Assembly (NCBI GenBank): GCA_964016885.1
Contig: OZ024751.1
Span: forward strand, 52,080,001 to 52,144,000
From: Eledone cirrhosa
Taxonomy: Eukaryota
Length of the DNA stretch: 64,000 bases
Reading direction: 5' to 3'
Both the position numbers and the translations under genes were made by a program. Every line of letters begins with the position of its first letter. Positions within the stretch are counted from its first letter, which is position 1. The notes under the pieces are model-generated. The model did not search any database, had not been told where the DNA came from, and saw only the letters and a list, made by a program, of their open reading frames with translations. Below are positions 1 to 13,624 of this stretch, piece by piece.

Positions 1-354
1 AAAAGCATGAGAATGAGAGAAGTGAGGAAAAAAAAATTGAGGGAAAACCACCCCAGACTGGTACTTTTTTCGACCTCATGATGAAAGGGAAAGTTGACCT
101 CAGTGGGATTTGAATTGAGAGAATTGGAACGAATACCGCAAGCACTCCCTCTGACATTCTAAAGACTTTGCCATTTCACCCTCACCATGATACCAGAACA
201 TGATAAACACCAGCTTTCCACTTACAAACTGAAGTCAGTTGTTAGAGCATCATCAGATAAAAAGATAAAATATAAAACATTACATAACGCAAAGCATACA
301 CTCTGCCATTCAGTATTGTTTCCAGCCTTTGTTTCCTATCATCATCTCTCCTCC

Positions 355-417
<63 letters not shown>

Positions 418-433
418 CATAACTATCTCTCTC

Positions 434-488
<55 letters not shown>

Positions 489-594
489 TGTGCGTATATA
501 TATAAAACCCTGTGCAGGCATAGAAAATAAACGTTAAATGGTGGTGATGATGATATATACATCTATACATATACATGTATATACACATATACAC

Positions 595-648
<54 letters not shown>

Positions 649-1532
649 CTGCCTTTCTCTTCCTGGTTTATTGTTTCATCTCTGTGGAAGATATACTGGA
701 TGCTGTCAAACTTAAACCTGTACTTTGAACATTGTCAGGTTGACCTATGTAATTCTAGTCACTTCCCACCGTCCACTACCAGACACTAAACTGCTAACAA
801 TAACAACAGCAACAACAGTAGCAGCAGCCTTTGTAGTTTATTCTTCATAGTAAATTATTGTTATTGTTTTCTGTTCTCCCATATTCCTGATCATTTCCAG
901 TTTAATATATTATGCATCATCATCATCATCATCACCACCACCACTACCTTAATATCAATTTTATGCTCTATATTCCCAAACTGCCATAATCAAGTTATAT
1001 GTCATATATGTATGTACATGAGTGTGTGAATGTTTTTACTTTTGACATTTATGATATAAAAGTGGACCTGTACTGTCAATAATGATGGCAAAAGCATTAA
1101 GTATATTTAATTTGTGGTTTCTGAGATTAATATGACATACATACCAGGGTTAATGGATATATGAATAATAATACAATTTGGGAAATCTGTGTTTTGATAA
1201 ATTAGTCGTTTGCATAAGAGAACTGTGATAGTTGATTTCTGACTCGTGGAAATGATTAAAGATAAAAATGTATGAGTAACTAACTCTTGGAGAAAGAACT
1301 ATTTACAAGGAGGCAAATGTAGGGTTTGAACCCAGAACATTGTGATTGGAAAATGAACTTATTATTATATAACTGAGATAGGAAATGTATTGAGTGTATG
1401 TGAGTGTTTGTGTGTGTGTAAATTTTAAAAAGTTACAAAAGGAAATAGATTTATATATATATATATATACTAACACGTGTATTATTTTGGTTGATATACA
1501 TACACATAAAATATGTGCATGTGTGTGTATAG

Positions 1533-1808
1533 ATCATCATCATCATCATCATTTCATTTTACGTCCGCTTTTTCCCTGCTTGCAAGGGTGGGACGGGAAC
1601 TGATGCTGGCTTGATTTCTACAGCTGGATGCCCTTCCTAACACCAACCTCATTTACAGTGAGTGCTGGGTGCTTTTTTGCTGTGGCACCTCCACGACCAC
1701 TTTGCAGTGGAATGATAGGGACCCCAGTCCCTATCATCTCATTTCTACAGCTGAATAAACTGGAGCAATGTGAAATAAAGTGTCTTGCTCAAGGAAACAA
1801 CACATCAC
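1533..1808 (-). mobile_element. SINE family B, 5'-truncated at a (TA)n tract
   Basis: Reverse complement of the family B body and tail. Confidence 0.85.
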
Positions 1809-2324
1809 ATATATATATATATACACATATATATATATATATACACATATATATATGTATATATATATATATGTGATGTGTTGTTTCCTTGAGAAACATA
1901 TATATATATACACATATATATATATATATATAAATCAGGAAAGAAGAGTGACACTGTTTGCTATACAAAAAAGGTTTTTAATCTCATTGCTGACAATTGT
2001 TTCTCTGAACAACATATATATATATGTATATGTTTATTGTATGTATGTATTCCATTCAGTCTTTTTAATCCATTACTGGATGAAGCCTTATCATGCTATT
2101 GGTGGTAAATCTATGCATGTGGTGAACTGTTTGTCTATGTTGGTCTATTGTGGGTTTAATAGGTTCAGGGAACTGGCCAAACTTAATATACAGGAAAGGA
2201 ATTGGGAGAATCATACAGTGTACTTGTTGTAAACTTTGGCTACATGAGAGGTGTAGTAGGATCACAGGTTTGTGGTAGATGATACTAGAAGTAAGAGCAA
2301 TAGTGAAACTCCTTCCAATTCCAA

Positions 2325-2690
2325 GAAGGTCCCCTGGAAGTAGATGATAGCTTCTGTTACCTAGATGATCTAATAAACCGTAGAAGAAGGTGCCCTGAGA
2401 GTATAATAGCTGCAATAAGAACAGGATGGAAAAAGTTCAGGAGTTACTTTCTCTGTAGGCAACACATGCATTCTCTCTCTGAGTGAAGGGTAGATTGCAT
2501 GATGCCTGTGTACAAAGTGCAATGTTGCATGGTAGAGAGTCATGGGCATTGAATGTGGAAGATCTGCAAAGGCTGGAAAGAAATATAGTGAGTATACTCC
2601 ATGTTAGTATACATGAAAAACAAAGCACAGATGAATTGAGAGAAAAACTGGGCATAAGAGGAATTAGATATAGTGTACAACAGAGAAGAT
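2325..2690 (+). mobile_element. RTE-clade LINE ORF fragment (decayed)
   Basis: LEVDDSFCYL...IRTGWKKFREL...LRVKGRLHDACVQSAMLHGRESWAL...ELREKLGIRGI, the typical RTE post-RT region. Confidence 0.8.
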
Positions 2691-3019
2691 ATCACATACA
2701 TGAAGATTATACTATTGTGTATGTATACAGGAGTATACATACATGATAGTATAGAGAAATACATACACAAACAGAGTACACAGGTACATATAGATAGTAA
2801 TACACACACATACCATAGATGAGTACACAGGTACATACACACACCATAGATGAGTACACAGGTACATTTACTCAGTTGTACGCATACCACAAACACAAAC
2901 ATACACACACATACACATTAGAACAAATATTTTCGCTAGGGAACTTTTGATTCTGTTACTGTAGTAACTGTGGATAAACTAAGCTGCAAGAAACCTGACC
3001 ATTAAAGAGATTTGTCTGG

Positions 3020-3385
3020 GCCACTACTACCACCACTGTCACCATCATGTCTCACCCAGTCACCACCATGTCTCACCCACTGTCACCACCATCACTAGAA
3101 CTATCACTGCCACCTCTATCACCATCATCACTACCACCACCATCATCATGTCTCAAACATTACCATCTCTGCCACCACTACCACTACTTTTCAACCATTA
3201 CCATCTCTGCCACCACCACTACCACTCAACCATTACCATCTCTGCCACCACCACCACTCAACCATTGCCATCTCTGCCACCATCACTACCACTACTTCTC
3301 AACCATTGTCATCCCTGCCACCACCATCACTATCACAACCATCATGTCTCAATCACTGCCATCTCTCTCCCACCCACCACTTCCA
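3020..3385 (+). repeat. (CAC/CAT)n-derived low-complexity tandem repeat; similar tracts at 6146-6320, 14250-14575 and 44830-45090
   Basis: Repeated CAACCATTACCATCTCTGCCACCACCAC units. Confidence 0.85.
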
Positions 3386-4510
3386 CTTCTCTGCAAAAAG
3401 ATCTTCTTAACTCTCTGGTATCAGCTAATAGGATCTGTGATGTGTGTTCTAATGTACAAACTACTGGCTGTAATGATGACAAAGCAAGACTACTACAACC
3501 ACGACAGTAACTAACAGATGGGGTTAATGAAGTAAGCAAGCACACACAACCATACACAGGCACACTTCTGTCTTCTGTTGTAGCACACAAAGAATAGAGG
3601 TTTTGTTAAGAAAGAAACTGAGCTTGGGGACAGTTTGCTTCACAAGGAAAGGGACAATAAAATGAAATAATGACTAAGTAAAATTAACGAAGCCTCCCCT
3701 CCTTTCAGCTCTCTTGTTTTCATTCATAAGCAACACACCATCTGCATAGCTCACAAACACACACACACACTCATAGTTTTAAGGCAATATAAGTTTTCTT
3801 ACAAACTTGAAGCATTCAAAACACATTTAACGTAGATGCCAAGTTAATAATTTTGTTTTAAATCCACTGATCCCTCAACTGAAGAATCTGGGACATTTCT
3901 GATGACTAATTATGAAAATATATGATGATGATGATGATGACCTAATTGAAATTCTTTGTTTGGAGTCAGATGTGGAAAACATTAAGGAAAAAAATTAAAT
4001 CTGCTATCCCTGATCTTTTTTTATAACTCTTCCTTAACTCCTTGTTCAGGTTTTATTAGTGAAAAGCCGTATGCTATCTCTTGAATGGCTGTCTACCTGG
4101 ATAGTTTTAGCTCCATTCTCTGACTAGTTAGTTACTATGCTGGTTTTAGTTCCGTCCTCTGAATAGCTAGTGATCTTCTTCATCATCATTTAACATCTGC
4201 CTTCCCTGCTAGCAAGGGTTGGCCGAGTCTTCACTAATTGAGAAAGTACTCCTGTGCAGATATTGACCTCTCTCAGATGGGCCAGAGGCACACATTTTGT
4301 TTATATATATCTCTGCACTCTTTCGAGTGGTACCAGTACTAAGGAGGTTGTCATGTCTTTGACACAACCAAAGAGTCCTCCCAACCCTTTCTTTGGTACA
4401 GTGTGGCCAACTGGCCAGACTTGTTTCATAACGTGGACGACCTGTCTAACCCATACAAGCATGGAAAAAGACGTTAAACAGTGATGATATATATATAGAT
4501 ATGATGTAAT

Positions 4511-4839
4511 GGAGGCACATGGCTTAGTGTTTAGAGCATTGGCCTTGCAATCGAGTTCAATTCTCAGACCGGGTGAGGTGTTGTTTCCTTGAGCAAGACA
4601 CTTTATTTCACATTGCTCCAGTTTACTCAGCTGTAGAAATGAGATAATAGGACTGGTGTCCCTATCATTCCACTGCAAAGTGGTCGTGGAGGTGCCACGG
4701 CAAAAAAGCACCCAGCACTCACTGTAAATGAGGTTGGTGTTAGGAAGGGCATCCAGCTGTAGAAATCAAGCCAGAATCAGTTCCCGTCCCACCCTTGCAA
4801 GCAGGGAAAAGCGGACGTAAAAATTATGAGGATGATGAT
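4511..4839 (+). mobile_element. SINE family B
   Basis: Nearly identical to 12151-12489. Confidence 0.88.
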
Positions 4840-7800
4840 ATTGTTGATATTACAGACCCCCCCTCTATTTTTCATTAACACAGCTATTAGGCAAAAAATT
4901 AATGTCAATTATTTAGATGGAAAATCAATCAAGTTAGTGCAATAACATTTAATTATTTAATTCTAATTAGTTTGATAGCACACTGTTCTGACTTTAAAAT
5001 CCCAAGTTAATAATATAAGTATTAAGATAAAAATACCATTATGTTTTCTGAAGGTGGCACAGTAAGAGATGCTGGTGGAGGAGTAGATTATAATGTATTA
5101 TGTTGTTTAGTTATGTATATTCTTTGATTTTTTTTTTTTTTTTGTATTGATTTCAGTCATTGAACTGGGACCATGCTGGGGCATTATCTTGAAGGGTTTA
5201 GTCGAACATATCGACCCCACCAGTATTTATTTTCAATTCTGGTATTAATTTTATTGATCTCTTTTTGTCAAACTGCTAAGTTATGTGACATAAACAAACA
5301 GCACCTGTTGTTAAGCAGTGTCAACATAAATACTGACATGGGGACACATGTGCACACACACATATATACATGGAGGGCTTCTGTACAGTTTCCACCTACC
5401 AATTTTCACTCACATGGCATTGGTCAACTCAAGACTATGGTAGAAGATACTTGTACAAAGTGCCATTCAAAGGGATTTAGTTATATAACTACTTTTCTTG
5501 TTATTTTGTTGGTGTTTGGAGCATAACATAACAAAGGTTCTTATTTAGAATTGTGAGGGAAGGGTTTTAGATAAATATAAACACATTAACCCTTTCGTTA
5601 CCATATTTCTAATGAAAGACACAGCATATGATTTTCACATCATTTGGATGACATATCTAATGCACTGTCCACTCACCTCCCCACACCAATATCTCTACTG
5701 TACCTATCCATAAGGATCCTGTTGCACTAAATTTTACATACAGACCTCTGAGAACTGATGCTCTAGGATGACATGGCAGATTAGCAGAATCAGTAGAGTG
5801 TCAGATAAAATATCATTGTGGCATTTATTTTGGTTCTTTACATTCTTAGTTCAAATCCCACCATGGTCAACTTTGCCTTTCATCCTTATAAGGTCGATAA
5901 AATAAAGCACCAGTCAAGTACTGGGGTTGATTTAATCAACTTTGGCCTTCCTCCAAATTTGTTGGTCTTGTGTTTAAGTTAAAAATCAATATTACCTATC
6001 TATGTTGAGAAGGTGAGTGACTGAGGTGTTAGATATGTCATTTAATATTACCTACCTGTGCAAGAGCAGACATCTAACTTGGATAAATACTCATCTTGCA
6101 AAATATTTATTTAACAGACTGGCAGGCAGGAAAAGCGGACATTAAATGATGATGAGGGTGGAGGTGGTGGTAGTGTTGATGATGGTGGTGGTAGTGATGA
6201 TGGTGGTGGTGGTGGTGGTGGTGGTGGTGATGATGATAGTGGTGGTCGTGATGAGGGTGGTAGTGTTGATGATGATGGTGGAGGTAGTGATGATGATGAT
6301 AGTGGTGGTAGTGATGGTGATATTTAACACACCTGCCATCTTTGATAGTACCTTGCCAAGATGATACTGTAACATCATAAAAAAGATACTTAGAGGATCT
6401 CCTTGAGAAGCACAGTTTCTCTAGTATAAGGAGAGTAGAGTAGAAGAGGGTGGGTGAGGGTGGAATTGGCATTGAAATTAAATAGATAAACCTTCATCCC
6501 CCGCATACTTTACTTATCAATCTTAACATTTCAACAAAACATATCAAAATTTGTTTACTTTTACTATTTAGTACTTGCTGTAGTGTAGACACAGCGTGGC
6601 CGAATTGTTAACAAGTTCGCTTTGCTATCATTAGTTCCTGAGTTTCATCCTGCTGTGTGGTATTTGGGGCAAATGTCATTTATCATAGCTTCAGGTTGAC
6701 CCATGCTTTGTGAGCAAAATTTGGATAGATGGAAATTATTTGGAAGCTAGTTGGATGGACTGTACCTGAATTTTGACTGGTTATAATTATTGTTTTTACA
6801 TCCATACTTGCATGGGTTGGATGAAGGCTGGAGTTTATCCAGGTTTCATGAGGAGTTAAGCAACTAGAGTCCAAAACCTTCCACCCACCTTTGGGTAGGC
6901 TGCCAGTTCATTGCAGGGCTCATTCTGACTTTCAACTGAGTGTACTGGAGTAACATGAAATGATGAAGTGCCTTGCTGAAGGGCACAAGGTGCCAGCCAC
7001 AACCTTTTGATCTTAAGCCAAGCACTGTAATCACATTATAGAAGAAGGAAAACAGAGACAGTGAGAGGATACAGCATACTAATTGACTGATCTAACAAAT
7101 GTGATCTATTAACCAGGCTCTTGTCAATTATTTTATTGATTACTGAATGTTAATTATTACTGTTAATTATTTTATTGATTACTGAATGTTGTTGAACATT
7201 AAGCCAAGTTGACCTTGTTAAACATTCCATTAATCTAACCTCGCTGACCGTCATAATATTTTTGATTGAGAAGTGTTAAGCTGATTGATAGTTTATATCC
7301 AGTTTTGATTAAGTCTTAACCGACATGTTATGTTTTGACAGCTTCCTTGATGATGGATGTGGCACAGAATAAAAACAACAAAAAACTAAACCAAGCTACA
7401 AATGAGCATGATGTCAGAAGTAGACATAGACACCCTCTCAGCCCTCCCTCTCTTGATCCAGCTGAACATCCAGGATGTGGTAGCTGGAGAGAAGGATGAA
7501 CCTGCAATAGACTTTCTTTATTGACTCTGAAAGGATGAAAGTCAAAGTGGACCTCAGTGGGTTTTGAACTCAGAAGACAGAGACTCAGAACAAATATTCA
7601 ACGCTCTAATTACTCTATCAAATTTTCTAAAAACAAAACATAATTGATGTCTGGTACCAAGTTCAGTGTCATAGGGTTCCATGTTCAAATTTAACCAAGT
7701 CGAAATTTTTCTGCTGGAATCTTAGAGTAAATATGCAGGCATAGCTGTGAGGTTAAACAAATTCACTTCACAACCATGTGGTTTCAGGTTCCATCCCACT

Positions 7801-8110
7801 GTGCGGCACCTTGAGCAAGTGTCTGCTACTATACACCCTAACATTCAGAGTCAATAATCTACTTTTCCTCATTCCCCTATTACCAAAATATTCCTGTTGC
7901 TAATTAATCAAGTCTTAATTACAGTTTCTCTCATTAACCCACATTAACAAGTGTAAATATGTGTAATTCTATAATAATTTGTTTCTCTGTTGCATGAAAC
8001 ACCTTTATTTTAATTTATATATTTATTAACTTCTTTACATCCTTTGTTTCTCATTAGTCCTTTAGTTTGTTACAGGTGAAGTTAACCAATTGGTAGTATT
8101 GCACTCTTAA

Positions 8111-8322
8111 CCCTTTAGCATTTAAACTGGCCGTATCCAGCCAGAATTCTCTCACCTCTTTCTTTTCAAACTGGCTGTAACTGGCCACTCACACTTATGT
8201 TAAGTTATTGTTCTCAAAATAAATAATAAATATCAAAATCTCATAGACCCGATATTATGTAAGATAAAGCCTTTACCACAAAAATAAAATCATAAATATA
8301 GAGTAATGTAAATGCTAAAGGG
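8111..8322 (+). mobile_element. piggyBac-type MITE, family 1 (~205 bp)
   Basis: TTAA|CCCTTTAGCATTTA ... TAAATGCTAAAGGG; same internal sequence as the copies at 29784, 35307, 41409, 42866 and 48841. Confidence 0.85.
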
Positions 8323-11001
8323 ATGTTAAAGGTGTACTGGTTAGTATGTTGGACTCACAATCATAAGGTTGTGGGTTTGATTTTTGGACCAGGCGGCACA
8401 TTGTCTTTTACCAAATACACTTCATTTCACTCCACTTAGCTAAAAAAAGAAATTAATCTCAGCAGCAAAGACCCTCAACTCCTCATATAACTATAGTACT
8501 GGAGAAAGCAATGGGCTTTCATTACATGTGTGTTGTTGTTTAGCCCCAGTTTGATCTTAAAGGTATTCCAGCTATGACCATCCTGTCCTCCTAGAGATAT
8601 ATAAGACTTTCTTTACCATGATGGCAGGGTGTGATTTGCTATATATATATACAGAGAGGGAGAGAAAGGACAGAGAGAAAGATTTGGCTTGATTATAGTA
8701 TGTCAAGCAGCCATGTAAGGACTCCCTAATATGGCATTGCATGATGTCATCAATGCTGCCCCTACAATCCACTGGATTAAGAGTCATAATTACATTTTGT
8801 TGGATGCTGACATTGGTGAGATGTTTCTCCTAATATTAACATTCAAGTGCAAAAATAAAATACCAAAGCAAGTAATGTGGTCTGGAACTCATGCCCTAAG
8901 AATCAGTAACCCCCTCAACATTGAATCCTTTCATGACCATATTTGTAATGAAATTCACTGTATTTCAATTTATCAATGAAGAATTTGAAGGGATTTACTA
9001 AAATTATTATTTCATTAGTTAAGATTCTTATATAAAATTATTGCAAAAAATTTTAATTTAAATTGGGTAATTTTGTTTCATAGATCCAGAAGTGGTTTTG
9101 GCTGGGTTGTGATCAAACTGGTTAATTAGTAACCCTTCAAATTGGGTGGTTTTGTTTCATAGATTCAGAGATGGTTTTTGGTCAGGTTGGTAATTAAATT
9201 ATTTAAAGTTAACTTTTATTTGTTAGGTATTTTTCTTTTTCCTTCTTTCCTTTCTGTTTTCAATTCATGTCATTAATTAATTCTAACTGTATGTATGTCT
9301 TTCTTTTCTTTTTATTCTAATTAACTATATTTTCTTTACCTTATCTTCGTTCCAGAAATGTATGACAACTGTCGTCCTAAACTAATTATTTTCCTGTACG
9401 GTATGAGTTATGACCGACCAATAAGATTGATTTACACCTCCACATTTTTTATTTTAAATTTTCCGTTCTTTCAGAGTTTATGGTCTAAGCTGGGATACGC
9501 AGCACAATGCCAGGTAGACTGCCCCATTTTTCTTTGACCTCCTGCCCCATGCCCCTTTTTTCTTCCTATTTAGTATGTTTTACTCACGCTCTCTCTACCA
9601 GATTACTAATAGAATTCTGTATGATTCCACACCAACTTCTATACTCATGCACCATGTTTAAAAGCTGTTAGTTTGTTTGTGTGCCCAACCACTATGAAAC
9701 TACATGAAAACAACCCTTTAAGGGTTAGTTCACTGCAACAATTATGGAACTAAATAATTGCTGATGTGTTTTGTTAAATTGTGCCCTTAGCATGATGGTT
9801 TATGTGCCTACAATTCACAGAATTAATGTTATTTCTGACTATTATTGTTTCCTTTCTCTCTCTCTCTCTCAGCATTTCAAAGCTTGCTTTGATTGGTTGC
9901 TCAGTTTGTTTGTTATTCTATTTTCCCTCCATCCTTAATCTACAATAAGATTCTGCTTGTTGCAGTTTGTGTTCAAGTATTATGCTTTAAACAATCCTAA
10001 CTATAGAATGAAATCAAAGATATAATCGAAATCTTTAGCATAACGAAGCAAGTGCGAATGTTACGCTTTAAATAAGCCTAACCATGAAATGAAATAAAAC
10101 ATCAAAAGTCTTTAGCATAATGAAACAAGTTTGAGTGTTATGCTTTAAACAACCTTAACTATAGAATAAAATGAAAGAATGAAATCAAAATCTGTAATAT
10201 AATGAAGCATAAAATTGTAGAACAGTTATAAAAGTGGAATATCCACAGACCCCACTTGTTAAAATAAATTGATTCTAATAAATGTAACTTATCAACTTAA
10301 ACGTGCATGTGTGTGTACATGGTGATTGGGTGAGTGTTGTCATATTTTAAATATCCACTTCTACTTCAGGTTTATTTATCTTGACCTTTGGTGTGGGTTT
10401 TAAACAAGTGGGTGATATGCACTCAACTGAGACATCATTTCGTTATTTGGTTATATTTTGATGTGAATTTCTTTTTGTCTGTTTTGAATTTCAACACTAA
10501 TTTACCTGGTTTTATAATCCAAAGCTATTTGTTTTAAAGTGTTTATATTTAGCTAAAAATCTTCCACCATAATTTTATGTAAGAACTTCAGATAAGCAAT
10601 GCTTCAAAACCAGATAAATGATGTGGAAGTTAGGTATGTTACCAAATCCTACCAAATTCTTGATTTAAAATTTCTTTTTAATTTTTTTTTATTTTTGAAA
10701 ATCATATGCAGTGTTTTTCATTAGAAGTTTTGTAATGCAAGGATTAATTGTGAGGGTTAATAATTGTTTCTACTTTAGGCACAAGGCCAGCAATTACCCA
10801 GTGCATTACTGGTACTTTATTTTATCGACCCCGTAAGGATGAAAGGTTGTGAGGGTTAATAATGAAGAATGAACAGCTTTACACTCTGTACAAGTAATCA
10901 CAAATTCTCTTCAAATCCCTACATCTTTAAATATTCATTGTTGAATTGTGAAGGTACTTTATTTTATCGACCCCGTAAGGATGAAAGGTTGTGAGGGTTA
11001 A

Positions 11002-11189
11002 TAATTGTTTCTACGTTTGGCACAAGGCCAGCAATTACCCAGTGCATTACTGGTACTTTATTTTATCGACCCCGTAAGGATGAAAGGCAAAGTTAACCTC
11101 GACGGGATTTGAACTCAGATCGTAAAGGGACGTAACTATGCTGGAAAGCATGGCGTCCGACCTTCTACCGATACTGCCAAATCACCGCC
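11002..11189 (-). mobile_element. SINE family A, young copy. Other copies near 55-185, 5770-5990, 11650-11865, 21690-21817, 22860-23080, 24765-24930, 27515-27690, 31108-31320, 32435-32660, 46954-47063, 56476-56648
   Basis: Nearly identical to the 58.6-59.3 kb copies; flanked by the direct repeat TGAGGGTTAATAAT. Confidence 0.88.
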
Positions 11190-12150
11190 ATTTGAGGGTT
11201 AATAATGAAGAATGAACAGTTTTACACTCTGTACAAGTAATCACTAATTCTCTTCAAATCCCTACATCTTTAAATATTCATTGTTGAATTGTGAAGGCAC
11301 ATGGTTAGGGTGCTGGGCTTATGATCATATGGTTGTGATTTTGATTTCCATACCAGGCAGTAGAATTATGGAGAACGGAGGTACCTTGGAGAGGCAAACC
11401 TAAGGTCAGTCAGTAATGGGTGTAAGAATCATACCATTCCTGAGGATCAAATCTTTAGACCTAGATATTTTCTGCTATTGAGAATTATAACCAGGAAAGG
11501 CATGCAGATGTAAAACATTGCTGTAAAAAAAAACCTTTCATAAGTATAAAGTCGGTGATGGAGCCTACTATACTAATGTCTGTCTTATCAGGGAAAATAG
11601 CCTTAAAGCCCCTGTAGTCATGTGTTGTTATTATTTACTAATCAATGAAGGGCGATAGATTAGCACAATCGTTAGAGCATCAGTAGCTTAGCAGTGTTTC
11701 TTCTGGTTCGTTACATGCTGAGTTTAAATATTGCTGAGGTCAGCTTTGCCTTTCATCCTTCTGAGGTCAATAAAATAAAGTACCAGTCAAGTATTGAGGA
11801 TCAATATAATCAACTTCCCCCCTCCCGACAAATTGCTAGCCTTGTTCCTAAATTAGAAATCATTATTTACAGGCCAGTCCGTTGGTTTGGGACAGTGATA
11901 TTTGTGGTTCAATACTGCTATTAATAAAACCAGTTAATTGTGTCCAATATTGGTCATTGGTTGTTTAGACAGAGCGGCAGACAGGGGGAAATAAAGAACA
12001 CACACATAACACACAAGTCAGCCATCATGCTATAAATCGATATACCTTCATTAATATTGTCAGGGATAAAGGGTTATAAAAGAATAAACTAAGTGACTCA
12101 TGGATGCCATATTGATTTCTGTGTGTGTCTGTATATATATATATATATAT

Positions 12151-12489
12151 GGAGGCACATGGCTTAGTGGTTAGAGCATTGGCCTTGCAATCGAAAGGTT
12201 GTGTGTTCAATTCTCAGACCGGGTGATGTGTTGTTTCCTTGAGCAAGACACTTTATTTCACATTGCTCCAGTTTACTCAGCTGTAGAAATGAGATGATAG
12301 GGACTGGTGTTAATATCATTCCATTGCAAAGTGGTCGTGGAGGTGCCACGGCAAAAAAGCACCCAGCACTCACTGTAAATGAGGTTGGTGTTAGGAAGGG
12401 CATCCAGCTGTAGAAATCAAGCCAGAATCAGTTCCCGTCCCACCCTTGCAAGCAGGGAAAAGCAGACGTAAAATGATGATGATGATGAT
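12151..12489 (+). mobile_element. tRNA-derived SINE family B (~340 bp) with (GAT)n tail
   Basis: A-box TGGCTTAGTGG, B-box-like GTTCAATTC, central CCTTGAGCAAGACACTT domain, and a tail resembling the RTE 3' end. Confidence 0.88.
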
Positions 12490-12616
12490 ATGCAAAAGTT
12501 CTATTTAAATTGTTGGGATACAACAAGTAAATATTTTTATAACTGATATAAAGCACTCGACAAGTATTTGGAGTAGATATACAATATTAATAAATGGAAA
12601 CTATATTTATAAAACC

Positions 12617-12693
12617 ATATTTATTTCATTATACATATTTCAAGGATACCAAGTTAAATTATGGTATGCCTTCATCAGACAAAATACAATATA
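12617..12693 (-). ncRNA. Minimal type I hammerhead ribozyme (family A), mirror copy in the left palindrome arm
   Basis: Reverse complement of the 13012-13089 copy; TCATCAG at 12672-12678. Confidence 0.8.
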
Positions 12694-13011
12694 TATCAGT
12701 TTTACAAATAAGCATTGACGTACCCTTTCAAAATGCGACCATTACTTTTGGAGGACATCAGGATAGTGGTTTGTTTATATTATTTTAGTAAGTCTTAGTG
12801 TTAAGGACAATTACAAAAGACGGAGAGAGAGAGAAAAGCGTGGAGAAAAGATGTCTTTTCTCCACGCTTTTCTCTCTCTCTCCGTCTTTTGTAATTGTCC
12901 TTAACACTAAGACTTACTAAAATAATATAAACAAACCACTATCCTGATGTCCTCCAAAAGTAATGGTCGCATTTTGAAAGGGTACGTCAATGCTTATTTG
13001 TAAAACTGATA

Positions 13012-13089
13012 TATATTGTATTTTGTCTGATGAAGGCATACCATAATTTAACTTGGTATCCTTGAAATATGTATAATGAAATAAATATA
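13012..13089 (+). ncRNA. Minimal type I hammerhead ribozyme (family A, Penelope-type)
   Basis: CTGATGA at 13027-13033; stem II AGGCATACCA/TGGTATCCTT; GAAA at 13064-13067; short stem III TATGTA; cleavage triplet AUA. Stem I TATATTGTATTTTGT pairs with ATGAAATAAATATA (one bulge). Confidence 0.8.
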
Positions 13090-13109
13090 GTTTCCATTTA
13101 TTAATATCG

Positions 13110-13141
<32 letters not shown>

Positions 13142-13624
13142 TTTATGTGTGTGTGTATATATGTGCATGTGTGTCTATAAGTTTTGAACTGATTGACATT
13201 TCAGGGAAATACATATAATATAGATCCCGTCATATTTCTGTTTGTAGTTCTCTCTTCAATACTATATCTGTGCCAAATTCTGTAAAAGCCCCCAAAAAAC
13301 CCCAACTTTTTAATCTTCCCTCCATTTGCTAGAGTTGCCATATTCAGCTACTTATATCACATAACACAAGTTAGAGGGCTGCATACGACTGTTTTTAGAT
13401 GTAGGGTCTTCAACCCCTTTGATACAAAACAACCCCAGGTGCTACAATACAAACTGTTTTGAGGATTAAATTAGAGCTTTTGCTGTATTTTAACCACAGA
13501 AAATAGTCTAATAATTATTATATAGTAAATCCCTACAAATTCTTAATTATTCAATTCAAACACAGTGTATTTCATTAGAAATATAATAATGAAAGGATTA
13601 AATAGAGTGGATTTTACTAAAGGC

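Larger units (their letters stand above)
12577..13114. repeat. Near-perfect palindrome, arms ~275 and ~261 bp, 2-nt spacer
   Basis: Centre ...GGAGAAAAGA tg TCTTTTCTCC... (spacer 12852-12853). The arms differ by a 14-nt indel and one substitution near the outer end. Confidence 0.95.

Noticed and set aside
187-789. ORFs rich in YIYI/CVCV (also 1780-2232, 21275-21773, 40958-41230, 53195-53992, 57172-57569)
   Set aside because: Translations of dinucleotide microsatellites.
3895-3925. CTGATGA ctaattat GAAA as a hammerhead
   Set aside because: No closing stem II pair and no stem I.
3047-6472. His/Thr/Pro-rich ORFs resembling structural or mucin proteins (also 14357-14566 and 44723-45095)
   Set aside because: Trinucleotide low-complexity tracts, open in several frames, with no supporting gene structure.
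9791-9840. ATGATGG...CTGA as C/D snoRNA or SECIS (also 1081-1125)
   Set aside because: Too short for a C/D snoRNA, imperfect C box, poor helix for a SECIS, and no selenoprotein CDS seen.
12151-12225. tRNA genes at SINE heads
   Set aside because: A/B boxes are present, but there is no complete cloverleaf and each continues into a SINE body.
12164-12403. Recurrent ORF MPFLTPTSFTVSAGCFF (also at 1628 and 15170)
   Set aside because: Antisense translation of SINE family B, not a gene family.
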